Shown: positions 35,619 through 49,400 of the stretch, piece after piece
Numbering within the stretch: the stretch's first letter is position 1
Layout of the letters: each line of letters starts with the position of its first letter
Origin: Gracilinanus agilis
Lineage: Eukaryota
Direction of reading: 5' to 3'
Length of the DNA stretch: 63,859 nt
Assembly: GCF_016433145.1 (NCBI RefSeq)
Contig: NC_058134.1
Span: forward strand, 282,446,639 to 282,510,497
The notes under the pieces: generated by a model
Databases searched by the model: none
What the model saw: only the letters and a program-made list of their open reading frames with translations
What the model was told of the DNA's origin: nothing
Made by a program: the position numbers and the translations under genes

Positions 35619-38600
35619 GGGAGGGGAGAAACCCCTTCTCTAGGCCCCAAATAATTCCAGCTTCTTAACTTGTCCTCATCCATTGTCCTCCCTTGGTTAA
35701 TTCTTTTCTTCCATTTCTACCTTGGTTTTCCATGGCCTTTGACCCATGAGAACTCCCCTGGGTCCCTTGATGTTGATACATTTAATTTCATCACCACCTC
35801 TTACCTCCAAACAATCCATGAGGCTAAGCTGGAAGATGGGAAGTAAGTGAGAGGTGTTCACTTGGCTGTAGAACATCGCCTGCTTAACTAGCATCCTGCT
35901 CTCCATTCCTAGCTATGCATTGGCAAATGAAGCATATCAATCACTGAAGGATCATGACAGAGATCAATGCATCCTCATCACTGGAGAGAGTGGCTCTGGG
36001 AAAACTGGTGAGAGGCAGACCAGAAGAATCCCTAAAAGCCCTTTCCCAATGTCTTCTAGTTTTCATCTCCATCCTTTATTATCCTCTAAGCCAGGGGTCG
36101 GCAACTTATGGCTCTCGAGCCATATCTGGCTCCACCTCCCAACCAGTCAGTCCAGGCAGAGCCCCAGGATGTGCCCCAGGGGGCCCTTTAGCCCCCCACC
36201 CCCACCACATATTCCAGCACCTTCTGCCTCCATCCTCCTTCTTCCGCAGGCGTTTATGGCTCTCACAGCCAAAAAGGTTGCCAACCGTTGCTCTAAGCCA
36301 TGCTTACTTCACATTTCCAAGGGACAAACCTTAGCAAGAGAGATTTGAAATGGACGTTGGGAAAGGCTCTGTGTTGGGGAAAGAGATTCTGAAAGTGAAT
36401 GGGGGAAATGTGGCTGATGAGAGAAATGGAAGATTCTGAATGGAGATCATGGAGGCTTTTTCTTTGGAACAGAGGCCAGCAAGTTGGTGATGTCATATGT
36501 GGCCGCTGTGTGTGAGAAGGGAGAGCAGGTGAATTCAGTGAAAGAACAGCTATTGCAATCGAACCCTGTGCTGGAGGGTAAGATACCATCCTCCCACCCT
36601 TCACCTCAGTCTATCCCATCTTCCCTCCATAGTGCTCTGCCCATCATTACTGTGGGCTTTATCTGTTCTCTTCCCACATCTCTGCAGCTTTTGGCAATGC
36701 CAAGACAATCCGAAACGACAACTCCTCCAGATTTGTAAGTGAAACTTTGGATGGCCCTGTAGGGGAGGTTCTGGCTTTGGGGAGAATGGGTGGGATAAAA
36801 CATCTGGGCTGCTAAAACAAGGTCGTAGATGTGGGGATCCCAATGACCTCTTCAGGTTATTGCCCTGACCCATGAATCCTCTGCTGTACATGGGAAGAAG
36901 TGCTTTTTCTCTTGGATCTCTTTCCCTTACTCTTAGGGCAAATATATGGACATTGAATTTGACTTTAAAGGCTCCCCCCTTGGTGGTGTCATCACAAATT
37001 GTAAGTACTTCACCACTTCCATTTATCCCATCATCTTAATGCATTCCCTTCCCCCTTCCCTGTCCCTGCAACAGCAGAGAGAGGAGAAGTTTCCCAAATT
37101 CCATGGAAACCCAGAGATGGGGGGGAATCATGAAAAGGGCCAAAATATTTCCAATATGGGGAAGATTCTTCTCAGGACATCATTATCTACTCCAGATCTG
37201 TTGGAAAAATCCCGGGTAGTGAAGCATGTTAAAGGAGAGAGGAACTTCCATATCTTCTACCAACTGCTAGAGGGGGCAGATGCCCAGTTGCTGAGTATGT
37301 ACCTACCTCTGACTCCCCAACACAACCTTTTTCCTGACTCTCTGGGTTCTTCTGGGGAACACACCTCATTGAACAACCTAGGTCTTCCCAGACTCAGAAC
37401 CTGGATTCTTCTCCTTTTATTACCTAAATTGCATCTATCCTAGACCAACATGACCATTCATGACCCTTTTCCCACTAGATCTTGGAAAGGTGTTGAAGAT
37501 TATGACATATTGCAGCCCTTCCTTATTTCTTACCTAACACTGTCCAGGAGTGGGAGGTGCAGAGATTAAGCTAAGAGATAAAAGGAATTAAGGCTGAGCA
37601 TTGGGGCTAAGGAATAAGCTAACTCTTTCCCCACTAACTCTTATTTCCAGAGGCACTGAAGCTGGAAAAAAATGTGAGCTGCTACTCATATTTGAACTTT
37701 GAGGCTTCCAGGGTAGATGGGATGGATGATGCAGCCAACTTCAGAGCTGTGCAGGTGAGGAAATGGGAAGACGAGGAAATGGGAAGACTGCAGGTGTAAC
37801 TGGGCAAATTTTGCCTCTCAACTCATCTCTTCCAGTCCAGTTCTTTCTTTCTGAGAAGTGGGGAGGAGGGAGGATCCCATGTGCAAGGTGCCAAGAAGGG
37901 GAGTGTGGGGATACAGGATGGGATAATTGAGTAGGGGTCATTATCAGGGTCTGATATCTATTTTCTCTCTAAGAATGCCATGAACATCATTGGGTTCTCC
38001 TCTGAGGAGATCCAGAAGATTCTTGAAGTGATAGCCATAGTGCTAAAGCTGGGAAATGTGGAGGTGGGAGATGAATTTCAAGCCAATGGGGTGCCAGGGA
38101 GCAGTATTCAAAATGAAAAAGGTAATATTGCCCAAGCTGGAATCTGCTCTGCAACACTCACATTTTCCTCCTTTGGATGACTTTCTTTCTTTTGGCTATA
38201 TTCTAACTTCAAGCTAGTTCTACTCTGCCTCATCCTGACCCACTGGAGCACTGACAGCATCTGTGATTGGAAATATCGGTGTATTCCCATATGACTTCAG
38301 GGACAGGTTCCAAAAACATCCCTTTTCCTCCTAAGGGAGATTTCCCCCTTCTCTCTCTGTCTCTATCTCTGTCTCTGTCTGTCTCTGTCTCTCTGTCTCT
38401 GTCTCTCTGTCTCTCTCTGTCTCTGTCTCTCTCTCTCTTCCTACCAGTTAGTTCCTGGTTAGTCCCAGAACCTTCACTGAAGAAAAATCCCCTTTGATTC
38501 ATCTTACCCACACTTAGATGATGATGCTCCCTTTTACAATGATGATTAGGGCTTAAGTTTGCAAGGAATATCATTTTAGATTGCAGCTTGAGCTCCTTTC

Positions 38601-40389
38601 CTTTTGGGAATATGTTATTCCATTCCCTTTTGCATTTTCTCATGAATATGGAATAATCCTGAGTTGCTCAGTTTCTAAGATATTTCTCTTGGCTGCTTGC
38701 AAAATTTGTTGTTTGTCATTGAAATTGTTAAATATAACCTTTATGTATCTTGGAGTTTGAAATGTATATTTGTTTTTCCCTGGAGAAAATCTGTATTTAT
38801 TCTCTATTGGTGCTTTGTTTTCCATATACAGAAGTTATGGGCAGTTTTCTTGCATTTTTTCTGCACTATAATGTTTAAAGTTGGTTTTTTTGGTCATGTT
38901 CTTCTGGGAGACATCATCTTTAAGTTAACTTTTAAATTCCTGTCTTTGAAGTCAATCACTTAAGCTTTGATGGAGATCTTATGTTCTTGATATTGTTGTC
39001 TTTTGCTTTTTCTTCTGACATTTTCCACTACAGCATTTTTGTGCTAAAATCTGTTCATCTTTCACTTCTTTAGAGAAACTCTCCATTATAGATTCAATTT
39101 TTCCCCCTAATCCACAAATTGAGTTTTTAAATTCTGCATTGAGAGAACTAAATATTTAGCTGTATTCATTTTTAATTTCTTCTATTATGGATTTTCTTTC
39201 TATTTTGAGTTATTCTGGAGTTTTAGAATCACTTTTCTATGCTTTTTTGGAAGTCTATATTACATTAAACTACACTTTTCTGTATCTTAGAATGTTTCTT
39301 AAGAGAACTTTGTCATTGCTTTAATAATTATGATAGCTTATTTATGCATCTATAATTGTTTGTTATGGTTCGCAAAACACTTTACAGATACTATTTCATT
39401 TGATCCTCACAACAACTCTGTAGAGTATATATCATTATTATCCCCATTTTACAGATGAGGAAACTGGAACTTTGGGAAATTAAGTGACTTATCCAGAGTT
39501 ACATAACTAACAAATTTCTGAAGGAAAATCCAGACTCAAACAGATTCTGTCCAGATTGTCTTTGCTCATCTTTTTAAATTAATTTTCTTGCTCTTTCTGT
39601 TTGTACTGATGGGCTTTTATTGATTTTTCCATGAAATCTTTAGTTTCTAAAAATATTAAATTAAATATTAAGAAATAAATGAATTAAATTGAATATTCCC
39701 TTGTCATTCACTTTCTGACTTCTTCTCTTCTGGAGAGTGGGAGATACAGTTGTCTCAGCCTCTTGACATGGAGTCTCATTTTTAGTTCTCAAGGAGATTT
39801 CAGATCTCATGGGACTGCAAGTAGAGGGGCTAGAGAGAGCCCTGTGCTCCCGGACCATGGAAACAAAGCAAGAGAAAGTGGTCACTACATTGAACAAAAT
39901 TCAGGTGAGAGGGAGGGGAGAGGTCTGACTTCTTGGAAGATGCTTTGAAGCCTCATCATCCTGAACTGAGACTCATCTGACCTGGGGACTTTCACAGGCA
40001 TGCTATGCCCGAGATGCTCTGGCCAAGAACATCTACAGCCGTCTCTTCAGTTGGATAGTGAATAGAATCAATGAAAACATCAAGGTGACAGAAATCTCAC
40101 TGCTCTCCATCTCATGACTTACCCAGCCCTCTAACCCCTCCTCTAGAGTGCAGAGAAAAGGGAATAAGAATCTTTCAAGTTTCTTGTTCACCTCTATCCC
40201 TGCCTACTTTTCACCTTCATGATTTTATTTCCTTCCTCCACCTTCTTTCCTATGAATCTTTTGGGCTTATAAATATGTGGTTCTGGCTATGTAAGTCTAT
40301 CTCCCATTCTCCTTTCAGGTGAGTGATTCAACCAAGAAGAAGGTCATGGGTGTCCTGGATATCTATGGCTTTGAAATACTAGAGGTGAG

Positions 40390-40443
<54 letters not shown>

Positions 40444-43400
40444 CCATTTCCTCCATTAATGTTTGTTGACTGACTGATATGTGCATTGACTTCCTGGGAT
40501 GAGTCAATAGTCAATAAACATTTCTTAAGTATTTACTATGTGCTTTGCTAAGTACTACCACTAAGTGCCACCACTACCCATGTCTGTCTAACCAGTTGCC
40601 AGATTTTATCTATTCTCCCTCTACAAAATCTCTGTCCTTGGTCTCAGCCACCACCCTAGTTCAAACCTTCATTACATCTCAACTAAATTATACCAATAGC
40701 CTCCTAATTGATGTTCCTCCTGGTTTTCTCCCTCTCCAATCCATTTTCCACATAGATACCAAAATAATCTCCCTAAAGCTCAGGTTTGACCATGTCATTC
40801 TCTTGCTCAGGAATCCCAAGTGCTCCCTATTGCCTCTAAAATAAACAGCAAACTTCTCTGCCTGGAATTTTATAGCTTTTCTCAATCTACTTTCCCCCTC
40901 ACATTACTCCCTTTTGCATACTCTGTATTTCAGACAGACTAGAATTCATTAGCTTCTTTAAAAAAATTTTTTTTGTTTAAAGTCAGAATTTTGTTTGTAG
41001 TCATTTCAGTTGAGTCTTCAGTTGTGATTTGTGAGTCTTCAGTGGTGATCCCATTTGATGTTTGGCAAAAATATTGGAGTGGTTTGCCATTTCCTTCTTC
41101 AGTTCATTTTACAGATGAGGAAACTGGGGCAGACAGGGTGAAGTGACTTGCCTAAGGTCACACTAACTAATAAGTGCCTGAGGCCAAATGAAAAGGAGCT
41201 TTCCTGACTCCAGTTCTGGCACTCTCTCCACTTCCATTAATTTCTTTTTATGTGTTGGCGCCCCTGTTAAACTGAGCTTCTTGAGGGCAGGGACTGTCTT
41301 ATATTTTTCTTTGTATCTCCAACACTTAGCATGGTGGCCAACACATAGTAGGTGCTTAATAAAGGTTTATTGATTCTGATTCTTCTGTCCCCCAAACTTG
41401 ACATTCCTTATTAGCCCCTGCTTTTTTATAGAGGCATCCCTGAAATGCCCTCCAACCTCTCCTCCACCCTTAGGATTCCTGGGTTCACTTAAGGTTCATC
41501 TCAAGTTCTGCTTGCCTTTTGGGAGTCCCTTCCTACTGCCCTCTTTCCCTCCTCAAATCATCGTGCATGCACTCATTTGTTTTCCTGGATTCACATCCTG
41601 CCTTGGTGGCTTGTCAGCTAGATTTTGACCTTGGACAAATTGCTTAGCTTCTCTGGACCTCAGTTTTCTCAAATGTAAAAATGAAGGGGTAGGGGGGTAC
41701 CTAGATGGCTCTGTGGATTGAGAGCCAGGCCTAGAGATGGGAGGTTTGGGGCTCAAATCAGGAAGACACTTCCTCTGTGACCCTGGACAAGTCACCCCAT
41801 TGCCTAGCCCTTACTGCTCTTCTGCCTTGGAGCCAATACACAGAGGGAAAGTAGGTGTTTTTTTAAGTGTCTGGATCAGGAGCAAGTAGGTGGCCTATTG
41901 GATAGAACACCATGCCTGGAGTTGGGAGGACATGAGTTTAGATTTGGCCTCAGACACTTCCTAGCCGTGCAACTCTGAGCAAGTCACTTAACCCCATTTG
42001 CTTAGCCTTTCCCCTTCTGTCTTAAAATTGTTACTAAGATAGAATGTAAATTTATTTTAAAAAATGCAGGGGTTGGACTAACTACCCTCTGAACTCTCCA
42101 AACGCTCTAAATCCGGCGTAGCATCTCGCCAAGTCTAAGGGAAGCTCCTTGAGGGCAGGTACCATGACTGGTTTTTAGTCTTTGGACAAAAGATACCTTG
42201 CTCATAGTGGGAACGTAACAGGTGCTTGTTGGCTTGGATCAGACTGATTGGAAGGGAGATGCTGGTCCATTCCTCTTTAACCCACGTATTCGAATCTCTC
42301 CATCCAGAATAACAGCTTTGAGCAGTTCGTGATTAACTATTGTAATGAGAAGTTACAGCAGGTGTTCATAGAAATGACACTGAAGGAGGAACAGGAAGAA
42401 TACTTGAAAGAGGTAACTATCCTCACACAGACACAGACACACACACACACACACACACACACACTCCTACATCCCCCTGCCTCTCCGCCATGTCCTAGAC
42501 ACTCATCTCTGGTCGGGACCCCACTCAGCTTCATCCAGGACCCATGGGGCTCCCAGTCCCCATGCTGACCGCTGTGTCAGCCAGACGGACATTTATGAAG
42601 CACCTACTGGGTAGGAGACATTGGGCTTAGCCTGGGAATACGATGAAAGGCTAAAAGACAGGACCTGCCCTTGAAGAGCTCCCTCATTCACCTCCCCACC
42701 ACCCAGTCACCCAGTCTCACTTCCAGCTCAAGTAGGAGGTAGAATTGAACAAGACTTAGATGAATGCTTAGCTTGACCCTCAGGAGCATGGGATGGGGAG
42801 CAAGGGAGGCCCTGAGAGTTGGGCTTTGGTCTCCAGTGGTCTTTCTTCATCTCTCTTCTGCCCAGTCCTACCTTCTAGAGCAGTGATTCCCAAAGTGGGT
42901 GCCACCGCCCCCTGGTGGGTGCTGCAGTGATCCAGGGAGGTGGTGATGGCCACACTCTTTTTGTATTACATTCTATTCTGCGTTCAATAAATAGTTTCAT
43001 AATTTCCAGGGGGCACTAAGTAATATTTTTTCTGGAAAGGGGGTGGTAGGCCAAAAAAGTTTGGGCAGCTAGGTAGATTGAGAGCCAGTCCTGGGTTCAA
43101 ATCTGGCCTCTGTAGAACCAATATGTAATATTGACTCTAAGATGGAAGATAAAGGTTAAAAAATAAAAATAAAAATAAAAAGAGAAACTCTCACTGTCCA
43201 CCCTAATAGCTGCTTGTCTTCCTGACACTTGTCCAGGTTACATTGCCCAATCCTGGGCCATCTTGCCCTCCAGGGCTTTACAGTCAAAGTATTTAACTAC
43301 CAGCTCGGTTGTGAACTCCCGTTGAATTTCTCATTAATGATATTTCAGACAGTAACGAGGTGTTGCGGGGTTTTTATTGGTTGGTTGAGGGGGTGGGAAG

Positions 43401-46400
43401 AGGACAGAGATCCCTTCTCTTAAATACAACCCCTCTCAGTTTATTCCATAGCCCAGTGGATTTAACTTGCTTTAGATTTGTGTGTGTGATTTGTATATTG
43501 TCACAACACTGAACTTTCAACAACTGGAGGGAAAATTGTCCAACCTCTTGATCAAGGACTCTCCACCCAGAAATTACGCTCCTTCCCCATCCCTCTTCCC
43601 CTTCCCCTTCCTCTCCATCCCCTCCATTTCAGAGCTCTCACAATCCCAGTCCAGCTTCCTTCCCAAGACATATTCTTCCTCTCCATAAGCCTACCTCTTC
43701 TTCCGGCTCCCCTTCTCTCTCCCCATGCTCCCATGTCACCATCCCTCCATTCAAATATTCTCAACCAGTCACCAATTGGGGTGGGAGCAGTGACCCAACT
43801 GAAGATTTTCCTCCACTTTGAGGGACCCTGACCTTTATTTCAGACAGCTAGGTGGCCCGGTGGATAGAGTGCCAGGCGTGAAGTCAGGAAGACCCATCTT
43901 CCAGAGTTCAAATCAGGCCTCAGGCACTTGCTAATGGTGTGACCCTGGGCAAGTCACTTAACCTTGTTTGCCTCAGTTCCTTATCTGTAAGATGAGATGG
44001 AGAAGGAAATGGCAAACCAGTCCAGTGTCTCTGCCAAGAAAACTCCAAATGGGGTCAAGAAGAGTTGGGCGCATTTGAGCACATCTTTATGTGGTGGGGT
44101 TTGAGTATCAGTTGGCTTTCATTGGGCCATTCCTCTGACTCACCTTGAACCTTTCTGCCCTAGGGTATACCTTGGGTGAAGATTGACTATTTTGATAATG
44201 GCATCATCTGCAACCTCATCGAGCATGTGAGAAACTCTTCCCCTTCCCACCATGTTGGAATCCTCAGGAAAAATAGGATCCATCCTAAGCCACCTATTCT
44301 CACCCTCAACCAGGGAAGGGAGGAAAGGAGGGGAAGAAGGGGGCTTTGGAAGCCCTGAGTCCACGGGTTGGAGTTTCCATGTTTTGTGGGTCCGGGATAC
44401 AGTTGTCTTTGGTTTTAGGGGGCAGATGATCCTTTTCCCATTCCCTGGAAAGGAAAAGAGGGAATAAACATTTTTTAACCCTATCCGATGTGCTAAGGAC
44501 TTAACACATAGTCTCCCCCTTTGATCCTTTACAACCAACCCTCCCAGCATCAGCAAGGTATTCTGGCCATGCTGGATGAAGAGTGTCTTCGGCCTGGCGT
44601 GGTCAGCGATTCCACCTTCCTGGCAAAGCTGAATCAGGTGTTCTGCAAACACAATTACTACGAGAGCCGGGTCACCCAGAACGCCCAGCGCCAACACGAC
44701 CCCAGCATGGGCCTTAGCTGCTTCCGAATCCGACACTATGCGGGCAAGGTAAGCGGAGCGGAAGGTGGAGGGCCGAGGCTAGAAGGGAATTCCGCCATGG
44801 TTGGGCCATGAGTTGGATGGAGAAGCCAGAGAGTAGGCAGAAGCTGAGAGATGGGGCCTGGGGACAAGGAAGGAGCAGATGAGTAGGGGGGAAATTTGAG
44901 GAACAAGAGATACGGTGCAAGAGAGCGTTGGAGAATTGAAGTCAAGGAAGGCAAAGTCCCTTGTAGAATAGGGACTAAAGCTGGAGCCTGGGGAAAGCTG
45001 AGGAGTGGGGCGCTCAGAGGCGAAGACTGGGCTCTAACTAACTCTCCTCCCACCAGGTGATGTACAATGTGGATGGTTTCTTGGACAAGAACAATGACCT
45101 GCTCTTCCGAGACCTGTCTCAGGCTCTGTGGGCTTCCAAGCATTCCCTGCTTCGGAGCCTGTTCCCCGAGGGGGACCCCAAACAAGCCTCCCTTAAACGA
45201 CCCCCCACAGCTGGAACCCAGTTCAAGAACTCTATAGCCACCCTCATGAAGAACTTGTATTCCAAGAACCCCAACTATATTAGGTGACATCCTTTGTTTA
45301 TAGCACTGTATATATACTATTATGTATGTAATATATACATATATATATATTATAACCTGCTGTAGACATGTTAAGGTCATGGGGATTATAGGCTCAGAGA
45401 TTTAGAGCTGGAGGCCACCCAGTCCAACTCCCTCTTGTGGGATCAAACCTTGGCTCTATTATCTGCGACATCCCAGGTAGCCACTCTGACCTTCTTGATC
45501 TTGATTTCTTCAGCCTCCTTCAGGGAATGGTCATAAAAGTTAACATGTTTTTAACCCCTCCCTCCTTCCCTCCCTCCCTCCCTTATTTTCTGTCTTAGTA
45601 TCAATTCTAAGGCAGAAAACTGGCAAGGACTTGGCAGTCGGGGTTAGGTGACTTGCCCAGGATCATACAGAAAGTACCAGAGGCCACATTTGAACCCAGG
45701 TCCTCTTGACTCCAGGTCTGGCACTCTATCCACAGTGCCACCTAGCTGTCCCATGAGCTAATGTTATTAAAGCACAGCATATCTAAATACCAGATAACAC
45801 ACTCAAAATGAAAGCCCTGACGGGGTGGGAACAAACCATTTTCCATCCTCACACAGTGTTCATGGAAGAAGGAGGAGGAGGAAAAGGAGAAAAGGTTAAG
45901 GAGGTTAGAGAAGGTGGAAGAAGGTTTTGATGCCAAGGAGGGTTTCCCAATGGGAGTGAAATGGGGGGGGGCAAATACTCCATCCCCCTAAATCTCTCAG
46001 TCCTGGGAGTGGCAGAGGGGCATGGGGAAATCTGGGAAGGTCGTGGTCTCTGTAGGTCGGAGGGGGACCCTGCCTGTAGAGATGCCTGCCCTGAACCGTC
46101 CCTTCCCTCAGGTGCATCAAGCCAAATGAGCATCAGCAACGGGGGCTCTTCTCATCTGAACTAGTGAATACCCAGGCCCGCTACCTGGGGCTGCTGGAGA
46201 ATGTTCGGGTGCGAAGGGCTGGCTATGCCTACCGACAGGTTTACGGCGTCTTCTTGGAGAGATACCGGATGCTGGGTCAGAGCACTTGGCCCCACTGGCG
46301 TGGCCCGGCCAGGTAACAGGGGAAAGGACTAAGGATGGGATCCAAGGGAAGATCCGGGTGTTAGAGGCTGAGAACCAAAAGGAGAAACAAGGACTCCGTT

Positions 46401-49400
46401 TTCAGACCACAAGCTTCTAAATATGGCGGTGGTGGAGCTGTTTAGTTCTACGGTCGGGATGAGCCCCTTTGGGTATCTGGGGTCCTCTCTGTGTCTGCGT
46501 GGTAGAACGCCTCTGGATGGGACATGCTCCCCTCCCATGTCTAACCACCTGGTTCTCTCATATAGGGAGGGAGTAGAAAAGCTTCTGGGAGAACTCAGCT
46601 TGAGCTCTGAGGAGCTGGCCTTTGGTCGAACCAAGATCTTCATCCGTAGCCCCAAGACGGTGAGTGGGGATGAGGGAAGGGAAATAAAGCAAGGAAGGAA
46701 GCCAGAACGTGGCCTCTTTTGGGGGAGATTCCTAAGGGTTTGTGCATTCGTGGATGTGCAATTCGTGGATGTGCAATGGAAAGAAAATGGGAAGATCCCT
46801 TGGTGGAGGAAAGAACAAGACAGAGAAGAGGTACAGGCTGGTTCCCTAGTCCATCCCTCTTCCACTCCTTTCTTCTTCCTTCCCCCATAGCTTTTCTATC
46901 TAGAGGAGAAAAGGAGGATTCGAATACATCAGCTCGTGACACTCGTCCAGAAGATGTACCGAGGCTGGCGGTGCCGCACCAATTACCAGCTCATGCGCAA
47001 AAGTCAGATCCTCATTTCTTCCTGGTTTCGTGGCAACATGGTAGGAGTCACCCCATGGTAGGGCTTCTCCTAACACAAGCAACGTCCATTCCCCTGGGAC
47101 CACATGGGAGGGAAGGATCCAGCCCTGGTAATGGTTGGGGAGGGTTAGGAGGAGAAAAGAGACTCTTCTGACATTCTTCTTTCTCCTTTCTCATCCCCCA
47201 ATATTTTCTGCAGCAAAAAAAACGCTATGGGAAGATAAAAGCATCAACATTACTGATCCAGGCCTTTGTGAGAGGGTGGAAGGTAATAACCAAGGGATCC
47301 CGGGGATCTGGGCCCTATTCTGTCCCCCATTCTTGTCAGGGCCAAAGAAGAGTTAGAGGGGTGGCACGGAAAAGCAGAAACTATTCACCAACCCCGCATG
47401 ACCGCAGATAAGGAAGGCTAGAATAATGAGCACATGTAGGTGTGTGCATGATCTGCCTTCTCATTCTCTACCCTCTGACCCCAACTCACTGAAAGGCTCT
47501 GAGAGGCCATCTAATCTCTCTTCCTTGTGATACAGTAATCTATCATTTCAGCCCGTCCTCTCTTACTCAGCCCTCTAAGGGGCTGAGGGAACAGAGAATC
47601 AATCAATAAGTATTTATTAACTATCTACTATGTGCCAGGCTCTATGCTAGGTGTCTCGGATGAAACAATGCCTCCTCAAAACAAACTTACACCCTAATGG
47701 GAAACAAGCATACTTAAAAATGTATTTGTTGTGATTGTTATTCAGTTATGTCCCAAGGACCATAGTTATCCATGGGGTTTTCTTGGGAAGTGTTTGCCAT
47801 TTTCTTCTCTAGCGGATCCATAAACATGTATATAGCAGTATAAAATTAATGCACACACACAGAAAGTAGTTAAATACAAAGTAGTTATTTGGGAGGAGCA
47901 TTGTGAAACTAAGAGCTGGGATCAGGAAAGATTTCTTGCAAAAGATGTTATCTGAGTTGCATCTTAGAAGAAGAGAGAGATTCTAGGTAGGATAAGAAGA
48001 GAGTGAAATGACTTCATATATATAATGGATATTGTATTTCTTGCCTTCTTGTTTGGGGAGGGAAAGATGGAGGAAGGAAGACAATTTGCAACTGAAAATA
48101 CAATTGGAAAAAAAAGGAGCACATACTAGGTATCAGGGAACAACCATTGCAAGGGATTGGAGAGTGGAGAAGGAAGAAAGAACAGAGAGAAGACCAGTTG
48201 GCAAGATCACTGGGTAAAGGAGGGGAGTAACATCCAATGAGGTTGGAATTTTAAGTTGCACAGGTTTTGTTTAAACCTTTACCTTCTCTCTTAGAGCCAA
48301 TATTGTGTATTGGTTCCAAGACAGAAGATGGTAAGGACTAGGCAATGGGGGTTAAATGACTTGCCCAGGGTCACCCAGCTAGGAAATGCCTGAGGGCAAA
48401 TTTGAACATAGGACCTTGTGTCTCTTGGCATGGTTCTCTATCCATTGAGTCATCTAGCTGCCCCCTGTGCAGGGTTTTAAAAGCAAAATAGAGGAATTAT
48501 ATTTTATTCTAGAGGCAATAGGAATCCAATGGAGTTGGTTGAATAGGAGAGTCATAGTCAGATACGTGTTTAAGGCAAATTCCCTTGGCAGCTGTGTGTG
48601 TAGAATGGCCTGGGAGGCCAGGAGTCCCCCAATAATCTAGGTGCCAGCTAATGAGGGCCTGAACTAACAAAGAGAAATGAGTCAACCAGTGGAGTGAGGG
48701 AGAGTGAGAAATGGAGGACAATATCAAGTTTTCACTCCAGAGACACTGGCAGAGTGCAAGGAATTTTGACAAAAATTGGGGCAAAAATTGGAAGAGGGCA
48801 GATTGAAATATCCACCAAGCAGTGGATTATATGGGACCAAAAACCAAAAGAATGTGAACTTCTTGAGGGCAGGGATTGCCCATTGCCTTTGTATCCCCCA
48901 GTACATGGCCAAGTCCCTGTCATAGAGCACATCGTTTTGTGGAATGAAATTGAATTGAGAAACTCTTTACTTTCTTCTTTCCCTCCATCGATCCTGCCAG
49001 ACCCGAAAGGAATATCGAAAATATTTCCGGTCAGGGGCAGCCTTGCATTTGTCAAACTTCATCTATCGGAGAATGGTGAGTGGATCAGAAGGGGGAACAT
49101 AGGTCTAGGAGAAGAGAGAAAGCAGAGCTGAGAGAGTGGCAGAAAGCAGTCCCTGGAGTTTTCTTACAACAGATGTTGAGAGAGAAGTGTTGTAGTAGAT
49201 GGGTGGGAAGGGAATGGAGGGCTCTGGATGGGATTATGAGAAAAACAGAGAACCGAACTTTTTCCAGAACCTTCTTGCTCCAGAAGGAGGAGGACAAGGG
49301 TGAGGAGAGTCAAGGGCAATGTTTTGGTTAGTGTGGAAGGTTCCAGGTAAATTCATGTCACAGGGGGAGACAGTGCTTCCTATCCTCAGGCTAAATAGCT

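Noticed and set aside
37757-46777. Small tandem duplications (16 bp at 37757-37788; ~15 bp at 46741-46777) and a C21 run at 34359-34379
   Set aside because: Ordinary slippage events in introns with no clear consequence.
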